A stretch of 64,000 bases of DNA, taken from assembly GCA_964016885.1 (NCBI GenBank), contig OZ024740.1, forward strand, positions 89,094,001-89,158,000, given 5' to 3'. The notes below the pieces were generated by a model, which did not search any database, had not been told where the DNA came from, and was given only the letters and a program-made list of their open reading frames with translations. Positions 54,458-64,000 of this stretch are shown here, piece by piece. Every line of letters begins with the position of its first letter. Positions within the stretch are counted from its first letter, which is position 1. Source of the stretch: Eledone cirrhosa. Its lineage: Eukaryota. Made by a program: the position numbers and the translations under genes.

Positions 54458-57097
54458 TAATTTAATATATCAGCTAACATAGGCGCACAGATGCACGTCC
54501 ATGCCAGCAAATACACAGGTTATGTCATAATACCTAGGTGGTTCAATGCAGGAGGGTGCAGAACAATAATATAAAAGACGTAAGATAAGAAAATATTTTT
54601 TAAAAAAAATTTTTTAAACATTTTTTTTACTTACTTAAATTTTCACTCCAACTAATTAGTTTCTGCAATGGGATAAAGACAGTTACGTAATCCAACTGTC
54701 GAGAATTCATTGCGTCATCAGGGAGTCTATTCTCAGCTGAGTCTCCAGGCAATGCGCGGACACTGGCGGCTCATATAAAAATAATAATAATTCGGTAGAA
54801 AGAACAGCTTGCGAGGACTGGATTCTATGTACTGAAATTCTCACTGCTTCTAGTCAAATGGCCGATTCTAAAGAATCAATCACGTGACACAGAGGCTAGT
54901 TAGAAGGAATGGGATGGTAAGATGACTGACGCCTACTAACACCCCAAAAAAAATTTAGAAGTGGTTTTGGCAGGTTTGCTCGACAAATCAGTGATTTGGA
55001 GATAAATATAGATAATTTAATATATCAGCTAACATAGGCGCACAGATGCACGTCCATGCCAGCAAATACACAGGTTATGTCATAATACCTAGGTGGTTCA
55101 ATGCAGGAGGGTGCAGAACAATAATATAAAAGACGTAAGATAAGAAAATATTTTTTAAACAAATTTTTAAAAAATTTTTTTTTACTTACTTAAATTTTCA
55201 CTCCAACTAATTAGTTTCTGCAATGGGATAAAGACAGTTACGTAATCCAACTGTCGAGAATTCATTGCGTCATCAGGGAGTCTATTCTCAGCTGAGTCTC
55301 CAGGCAATGCGCGGACACTGGCGGCTCATATAAAAATAATAATAATTCGGTAGAAAGAACAGCTTGCGAGGACTGGATTCTATGTACTGAAATTCTCACT
55401 GCTTCTAGTCAAATGGCCGATTCTAAAGAATCAATCACGTGACACAGAGGCTAGTTAGAAGGAATGGGATGGTAAGATGACTGACGCCTACTAACACCCC
55501 AAAAAAAATTTAGAAGTGGTTTTGGCAGGTTTGCTCGACAAATCAGTGATTTGGAGATAAATATAGATAATTTAATATATCAGCTAACATAGGCGCACAG
55601 ATGCACGTCCATGCCAGCAAATACACAGGTTATGTCATAATACCTAGGTGGTTCAATGCAGGAGGGTGCAGAACAATAATATAAAAGACGTAAGATAAGA
55701 AAATATTTTTAAAAAAAAACAGTGAGAATTTCAGTACATAGAATCCAGTCCTCGCAAGCTGTTCTTTCTACCGAATTATTATTATTTTTATATGAGCCGC
55801 CAGTGTCCGCGCATTGCCTGGAGACTCAGCTGAGAATAGACTCCCTGATGACGCAATGAATTCTCGACAGTTGGATTACGTAACTGTCTTTATCCCATTG
55901 CAGAAACTAATTAGTTGGAGTGAAAATTTAAGTAAGTAAAAAAAATTTTTTTAAAATCTTTTTTAAAAAATATTTTCTTATCTTACGTCTTTTATATTAT
56001 TGTTCTGCACCCTCCTGCATTGAACCACCTAGGTATTATGACATAACCTGTGTATTTGCTGGCATGGACGTGCATCTGTGCGCCTATGTTAGCTGATATA
56101 TTAAATTATCTATATTTATCTCCAAATCACTGATTTGTCGAGCAAACCTGCCAAAACCACTTCTAAATTTTTTTTGGGGTGTTAGTAGGCGTCAGTCATC
56201 TTACCATCCCATTCCTTCTAACTAGCCTCTGTGTCACGTGATTGATTCTTTAGAATCGGCCATTTGACTAGAAGCAGTGAGAATGTCAGTACATAGAATC
56301 CAGTCCTCGCAAGCTGTTCTTTCTACCGAATTATTATTATTTTTATATGAGCCGCCAGTGTCCGCGCATTGCCTGGAGACTCAGCTGAGAATAGACTCCC
56401 TGATGACGCAATGAATTCTCGACAGTTGGATTACGTAACTGTCTTTATCCCATTGCAGAAACTAATTAGTTGGAGTGAAAATTTAAGTAAGTAAAAAAAA
56501 TTTTTTAAAAATTTTTGTTAAAAAATATTTTCTTATCTTACGTCTTTTATATTATTGTTCTGCACCCTCCTGCATTGAACCACCTAGGTATTATGACATA
56601 ACCTGTGTATTTGCTGGCATGGACGTGCATCTGTGCGCCTATGTTAGCTGATATATTAAATTATCTATATTTATCTCCAAATCACTGATTTGTCGAGCAA
56701 ACCTGCCAAAACCACTTCTAAATTTTTTTTGGGGTGTTAGTAGGCGTCAGTCATCTTACCATCCCATTCCTTCTAACTAGCCTCTGTGTCACGTGATTGA
56801 TTCTTTAGAATCGGCCATTTGACTAGAAGCAGTGAGAATTTCAGTACATAGAATCCAGTCCTCGCAAGCTGTTCTTTCTACCGAATTATTATTATTTTTA
56901 TATGAGCCGCCAGTGTCCGCGCATTGCCTGGAGACTCAGCTGAGAATAGACTCCCTGATGACGCAATGAATTCTCGACAGTTGGATTACGTAACTGTCTT
57001 TATCCCATTGCAGAAACTAATTAGTTGGAGTGAAAATTTAAGTAAGTAAAAAAAATTTTAAAAAAATTTTTTTTTAAAAATATTTTCTTATCTTACG

Positions 57098-57103
<6 letters not shown>
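54456..57103. repeat. Tandem array of a 555-bp unit that switches orientation at ~55720; both ends in (TA)n
   Basis: Unit starts at 54456, 55011 and 55566; inverted phase at 55721, 56276 and 56831. Confidence 0.97.
55840..55921 (+). ncRNA. Type I hammerhead in each 555-bp unit (+: 55840, 56395, 56950; -: 54645-54726, 55200-55281)
   Basis: ACTCC / CTGATGA / GCAATG...CATTGC (inner GACAGTT/AACTGTC hairpin) / GAAAC-TAATTA-GTT / GGAGT. Confidence 0.87.
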
Positions 57104-57139
<36 letters not shown>

Positions 57140-57142
<3 letters not shown>

Positions 57143-57524
57143 AGAATATTTTCGAAACAGCGAGCGTGTTTGAAATTATTATAAATGTAAGCTATCGCCG
57201 TATTTTGACTAAAGAAATTAAAGAAATTATTTAGCCTGATAGTAGGGTTAAGAACCCTCGGAGAAATGGAAAAAAGACGAGTATTGACGTACATGGGAGT
57301 CGAACCCACATCTTTGGTTATCCAGACCACTGTGCTACCATTTAGACCAACACATCATGATGTGTTCGTGTAAACAGTAGCACAGTGGTCTGGATAACCA
57401 AAGATGTACGTCAATACTCATCTTTTTCCATTTCTCCGAGGTTTCTTAACTCCACTATCAGGCTAAATAATTTCTTTAATTTCTTTAGTCAAAATACGGT
57501 GATAGCTTACATTTATAATAATTT
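57140..57524. mobile_element. Fold-back element with a tRNA-like head, between (TA)n tracts
   Basis: Inverted arms spanning 57173-57524 centred at CATCA|TGATG (~57357). Confidence 0.8.
57286..57356 (-). ncRNA. tRNA-like sequence (pseudo-tRNA or SINE head)
   Basis: Acceptor stem GATGTGT/GTACGTC, A-box TGGTCTAAATGG, anticodon arm TGGT-ctggata-ACCA, T-arm TGGG-TTCGACT-CCCA. Confidence 0.7.
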
Positions 57525-58357
57525 ATATATATATATATATAAATTAAATAAATGAATGTACTGAATGCTATAGTTATTCACTGAATGCACAAATCATACT
57601 CCACTGTAGTGATTCCTAATCACCAGTTATCAATATTCCTTACAAAAGATACCATAAATATATCTTTTTAGATAAAAACCCTCCAACATTCTTTTGTTGT
57701 TTCTATCATTTCATCTATAATTCATAGGATACCAGATAACTTGTTTATCTTTTCAATTATGTTAATGGAATGCATTGTATTACTTAAGTAAACATTTCAT
57801 TACAGCTGTCAAATCTCAGAGTTGATACATTTCAGGAATTTTTAAACGCTACAATGACAAGCCACCAGACTGAGAATTGGAAAGAAGACTATTTGTAGCT
57901 TGCAATTATTTATGATACCAACCACCTAACCTGAAAATTCTGCTGTTCTATATGAAGAAACCATTTTATAATGTATGTTTCAGTAATGTGATTTCACGGG
58001 TAGTGGCTACTTAGTTGCGGTTGGTATGTACACAGTATTCTATTGCCAAGATGACATATGGATAAATACATTCAAATCATAACCATCATGACATTTTGTT
58101 TAATATGATCTATACTGACCAATGTGTCCCATGACATTTAAAATACTATTTCTCGAGGTGTCATTCTCTGGCATTGAGTTCGTAGCAATATGAATTCTTG
58201 CATTAAGCATTAAGTACTGTATTTAGTTGTGTTCTTGAAGTATTCTATATATGTTAGTGGCTTCTTTGCCAATCCTGTAGTATTGCTACTTGTACAGTAA
58301 AGCAAGCATGTGTACATGCGGTGTATGTATGGAATGAAAGAAATTGATATATATATA

Positions 58358-58405
58358 TCTTAATACGCTCTGTTTATACACACACACTCACACACGCACA
58401 CACGC

Positions 58406-58439
<34 letters not shown>

Positions 58440-58487
58440 GTGTGTGTGCGTGTGTGAGTGTGTGTGTATAAACAGAGCGTATTAAGA
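58358..58487. repeat. Small inverted duplication centred on (TA)n
   Basis: TCTTAATACGCTCTGTTTATACAC...GTGTATAAACAGAGCGTATTAAGA. Confidence 0.9.
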
Positions 58488-59385
58488 CAACCATGAATTG
58501 ATCTGCGACATAGTGTGCATTTGATAAGTGGCATACCCAGCACTAGTATAGGAAGTGCCTGTAGATTGAGCGAGTGGATTCTTTCCTGCACATGCAAAAT
58601 CCCCAATTATAAAAAAATTCATAGTGCAGCTCGTTAAAAATAGAAACACTGTGGTAAATTCTGTCGTGGTGAAATGATGGTGAAAGGGACAGGTGTCACA
58701 GCAAGTCGCTAAACTGAGCTTTCCAGTAATGGTGACAAGAAATAAATAGCCGGCCTGTTAAAAACACATAAGTAATTTTACAATCCATGTCAAAGTCTAC
58801 CGATCAGCCTTATCTATGATGACAATTATTTACCGAAAATGGAAAGTGGGTAGTAAATGTGACCTAAAATTTTGCTCACTTAGTCCATTCTGTTACAATG
58901 CTTCAGACATATGCATTCACCCCCCCCCCCCCAAAAAAAAAGTAATCCAAAGTGGATTTATATGGCAGCTTGAAATGTGCGTCCATTGCAAGGCTACAAG
59001 AAACAATATAAGCGGGGGACAGTCATTGTACCTCCTGCCTTGAAGGTAAAATGCATTAAAAACAAAACTTCCAAGTTCTGGCCAGCTTAAGGAAATACGA
59101 GGTAGTTACAACTTCTTATTGTCATTGTAAATAACCTTGAATCATTGACACTAAACATAAATAACTGTATTATGCATCTATGACTTCCAATTTGTAAAAA
59201 CAAACGTGTTTCCTTGATTAGCGTATATATATCAAATTCGAACTATTCTTCGAAACTGCACACCAATCTTTTCATAAAAAAAAACAGCTGACATTCGTCA
59301 ATTACTGGTAGGGTGGCTAGATATAGGGAGCGTTAGGACTCGTGTATATTTATATATAATTTATGTATAAGAATGTAAAGAGGGA

Positions 59386-59434
<49 letters not shown>

Positions 59435-60519
59435 GGTTGCATATGATGGGCGATTTTGAGGCCGTCAATCGTATTGGAGCCAATATACGTTGAGAATCAT
59501 TCCAGACGTGTCTACCTCGAATTCTGGGTGTATGTCTAGCGATACTTTATCAAACATATATTCTCCTATTTACACATATAGCTTATGATTACAGAGACAG
59601 TTAAACTCTATATCTAGCGTGTTAAACAATCGTACAGAGGTTTTTATATAAATATTTTATTTAATTGGTACAGAAATACATGAGATTCTTTTATAGTCAT
59701 TAAGTGTTTCAAAATATTAATTTATACCCCTTCATAACAATCAAAAGTCAATATAGACAAGATCTATTGTAATGTTTAAGATGTTATAAAGTACTTGATA
59801 TATTTTGTGGGCAAATACTCACATCAGGTTACAAGTGATTAAAAAACCCACAGTAAAATCTTTAAGGGTTTGCTACCAATGCGAATTATTAGTCCATTCT
59901 CCCACAAATTAGATTAGTCGCAAGTAGAGTTAAACAATTTGGTCTTCGTATTCCAAGCGATTGGATTATATAATTACAAACGAAAAACACTAAATCAATG
60001 ATATCAATTCAACGAAATTGTTGCGTATATGTCGTTAGGGCAAGTGATATAAATATCAACCAAATCACCCCCAATTAAAATCATACTGATACTTTAAAGA
60101 ATTACAGATTGGGCACTGTAGTAGTTTCTGATATTACAAAGGACGTGATTGTCACACACGAAATACATACTTTCATGGGTTTGTTCAGTGAATTTTGACT
60201 TAATTATTGAACAGTAATTTCCTTGATAATTATCGATTGATAAGTAGCAATTATTTACAGGAATGTAGATAACACTTAAATATACCCCAATGAATATGAA
60301 ATCAGTATTCATATTTCAACTAGGTAATTTTCTTGTCTACGTTATTTTTGACTAAAATGCAGCATCAAACGCTAAGAATTATTCTCCTTAATTAAAGACG
60401 GTTTAGTTGATAATGGAATATAAAAGTGAGCAAATTGGATATATATATTCCAACAAGAACAGCACTTCAGTTGCTTACAAACGCTTGGCGTTGGCATATA
60501 TGCATTGTATACGTGTGTT

Positions 60520-60582
<63 letters not shown>

Positions 60583-61594
60583 ACTGTGTGCTTGCATGTA
60601 TGTTCCGGTGTACTGGTTTTATATATTTTCCCGTAAATAAACTCATGAGTGTACATATACCATCATGAATATAGAAATTTATTTTCTTATAAATTATCAT
60701 ATATACTTAAGATATACGATTGTATTTCAATTTAAACATGTTATACATTTCAATTTAAACTTGTTATATTGAAAATTGTAACCCATTAAGTTTGAATATG
60801 TTAAATATATGTTATTAAGGAAGCTATTTTCTATATATTAAATTATACTGCAACAGAAATTGATTCCCATGTGCTCTAGTGGAAATCAGGTAACGTATAG
60901 AAATACATTTAATACGTTTCAGAGCAAACAATAGTTGCGTAATTCTATGGAATCACATTTGTGTTTAAAATATATTACATAATAAAACAACTCCTTAGAT
61001 TAATTAGAAAAGTCAATGGAATCACAGCTGTGATATCTTGTATGTATTCACATTTTATTACGTGAGCGATAATCATACGCTGGTGTAATATGAATATATA
61101 TTCTTGATCACACATACTCGTCTATATTTATTATCCCATGTTGATAGGAAAATCACTCTTTAACAAAAGAAACTAATTTAGAAGCAATATACAAAATGAA
61201 AAAAGTAACTAGTATGTTATTTGATATTGCTATCGCAGCTTTTAGCGGTTAAGGACACCGCCCGAGTTTGTGACTTGAAACTATGTGACAAGTAGATACG
61301 TTGTTTAAGCATTGAGAGTAACATGGAAGATTGACATGATCCGAACTGGCGACCTTTTAAACAGAATTATTTTTCCAGAATTAATTATCCAGGACTTTAG
61401 AATTAATTACATGAAATATATTCAAACATGTATGAAACACAAAATAACGTTGTCGCTTATAATATAGTTTTAATAAAGAGTATTCAAATATTAAATTGGG
61501 TTTAACACATAATAACTGTTTTGCACCCTAGACAAAATATGATACAGGAATTATCTAATAAAATTATCGAATGAAAGTAACAATTAATCGCTCT

Positions 61595-62126
61595 AAGGAT
61601 ACACGTGGATCATTAATTCGCTAAGCGAAATAGAGAGCCCCTTCTAGCATTAAACAAGGACACGTGCTATTAACGATCATGACGAAGAACACATACAAAT
61701 TATAATCCATTCTAAATTTAATATGACATATCTTCTTCTTCGCTCACATATTTCCGAGAGGGTTATGAAGGCATAAATCTGAAACAATCAATGCAGCGGG
61801 CCCTGTCAGAAGCAACCGTATCAAAAGTGACCCATTTATATCAGAGCTACGCATTCTATCCAATAACGTTACTGTAGAGACCCTTCGGGGGAACGCCATT
61901 TCCACCTCTTGTATTGGCGATCGTATTCTTTCTGTCATTATATGTTATATAAAGGCGGTGGATTGGCAGTAACGGTAGAGCGTCACCATGCTTCGTGACA
62001 TAGAGTTACGGCCCTTTACGTTATGAGTTCAAATCCCGCCGACGTTAGCTTTGCCTTTCATTCTTACTGGGTCGATAAAATAAAGTACCAGTTACGCACT
62101 GGAGTCGATTTAATTGACAAATTAAG

Positions 62127-62166
<40 letters not shown>

Positions 62167-62344
62167 CATGCATCTATATATATGTCTGTGTGTGTTATTA
62201 ACACAGATTAAAAGTTTAACCAACCAATTACTACTTTCAACCCAAAGCGCCATCATCTCAAACTTATGTATATATAACCCGGATTGGATTCTCTCACAAT
62301 GTTGGTCTTTGTATTTACTGTTACTGCTATATATCTAATCTCTG

Positions 62345-62412
<68 letters not shown>

Positions 62413-62590
62413 CAGAGATTAGATATATAGCAGTAACAGTAAATACAAAGACCAACATTGTGAGAGAATCCAATCCGGGCTATATATACATAAGTTTGAG
62501 ATGATGGCGCTTTGGGTTGAAAGTAGTAATTGGTTGGTTAAACTTTTAATCTGTGTTAATAACACACACAGACATATATATAGATGCATG

Positions 62591-62633
<43 letters not shown>

Positions 62634-63164
62634 TTAATTTGTCAATTAAATCGACTCCAGTGCGTAACTGGTACTTTATTTTATCGACCCAGTAAGAATG
62701 AAAGGCAAAGCTAACGTCGGCGGGATTTGAACTCAGAACGTAAAGGGACGTAACTCTATGTCGCGAAGCATGGTGACGCTCAACCGTTACTGCCAATCCA
62801 CCGCCTTTATATAACATATAATGACAGAAAGAATACGATCGCCAATACAAGAGGTGGAAATGGCGTTCCCCCGAAGGGTCTCTACAGTAACGTTATTGGA
62901 TAGAATGCGTAGCTCTGATATAAATGGGTCACTTTTGATACGGTTGCTTCTGACAGGGCCTGCTGCATTGATTGTTTCAGATTTATGCCTTCATAACCCT
63001 CTCGGAAATATTTGAGCGAAGAAGAAGATATGTCATATTAAATTTAGAATGGATTATAATTTGCAGGTGTTCTTCGTCATGATCGTTAATAGCACGTGTC
63101 CTTGTTTAATGCTAGAAGGGGCTCTCTATTTCGCTTAGCAAATTAATGATCCCCGTGTATCCTT
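61595..63164. repeat. 1.57-kb palindrome centred on (TA)n at ~62383
   Basis: ~770-bp arms, nearly identical with scattered substitutions; they contain a SINE and an RTE scrap. Confidence 0.95.
61953..62120 (+). mobile_element. SINE copy (mirror ~62640-62806 on minus)
   Basis: TGGCAGTAACGG, GAGTTCAAATCC, GCCTTTCATTC...GATAAAATAAAGTACCAG. Confidence 0.82.
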
Positions 63165-64000
63165 TCTTACAAATCTCATATGACGCCCTGCAGTATCCCC
63201 TTCTTTTTCCGTACGGAGAAGACGGGTACTATTTCGGCATTCCTCACCACAAACCAAACGAGCCCACTGCTGCGACATCTAAAACTGTTTCATGTATGGC
63301 TTTCTACTCATACCGCTTCATGACAAAGCATAATGATTTTAGCCCCCTGCACAGCTCACGGGAACTGTTTCACCAGTTTGCAGTTGACATGGCTGCAAAG
63401 ATGGAGTCCGAGAGACTGTGCTTCATCAAATTGAATCAGAAGCAGCTGCGCTCAGACGCCTACATACATTTTCGTGACGGCATCAGGAATGACACTGACG
63501 CCCGAAACATCGGCAAGATGTGCATCTCCCCTCAACCTATACAGGGGGCACACGGTACATGCACGAGCGAACACAAGACGCTATGACTTACGTTCGGCAT
63601 TATGGGCGACCCGATTTATTCATCACTTTTACATGTAACCCAAAGTGGCTTGAGGTAATGCGAGAACTTCTCCCAGGGCAGCAGTACTGCCATCGCCCTG
63701 ATATTATTGCAAGGGTTTTCAGGCAGAAGTTCGCTAAGCTCATTGATTTAATAAAAAAAGGGCAGGTTTTGGGGCCTGTTAAGTGCCACATGTATACTGT
63801 TGAGTGGCAGAAAAGAGGGTTGCCACACGCGCACATTTTGCTTTGGTTGGTCAACATAATAGACCCGACAGTTCTTGATGACATCACCGCAGCAGAAATC
63901 CCGGACCCAACTGTTGACCGGCAGCTGTACGACATTGTGAAGGCACACATGATGCACGGTCCGTGCGGTCCCGGTTTGCAAAAGTTCTGCTCATGCCACA
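63165..64000 (+). mobile_element. Helitron Rep (RepHel) fragment, frameshifted, continuing beyond the window
   Basis: YDALQYPLLFPYGEDGY, LFHQFAVD, LNQKQLR, GRPDLFITFTCNPKW, VEWQKRGLPHAHILLWL, MMHGPCG. Confidence 0.93.

Noticed and set aside
57236-57266. CTGATAG...GAAA as a hammerhead
   Set aside because: Core mismatch, no stem I or III, and it points inward unlike the other HHRs
57286-57356. Functional tRNA-Ser(GGA) gene
   Set aside because: T at position 37, no long variable arm, weak D-stem, embedded in a fold-back element

Overview
AT-rich, microsatellite-dense animal DNA; the repeat landscape suggests an octopus or other cephalopod (inference). No host protein-coding gene is recognisable. 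The window is almost entirely mobile DNA: a near-complete Penelope-like retroelement (PLE), other PLE fragments, an RTE LINE, a near full-length L1/Tx1 LINE, a Chapaev3 and a mariner DNA transposon, a Helitron fragment, decayed Gypsy/R4-like remnants and tRNA-derived SINEs. The main hidden signal is about 25 intact or degenerate type I hammerhead ribozyme (HHR) motifs read by eye. They occur in two young tandem arrays (629-bp and 555-bp units, one HHR per unit), in PLE pseudo-LTRs (pLTRs), and in short fold-back palindromes that sit in or against (TA)n tracts with the ribozyme strand usually pointing outward. Several unrelated families share a downstream TACTC...GAGTRC stem, including one element that has a tRNA-like head instead of an HHR. 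Together these suggest a PLE-mobilised, (TA)n-targeted ecosystem of non-coding, retrozyme-like elements. All calls are manual; no search or folding program was run.
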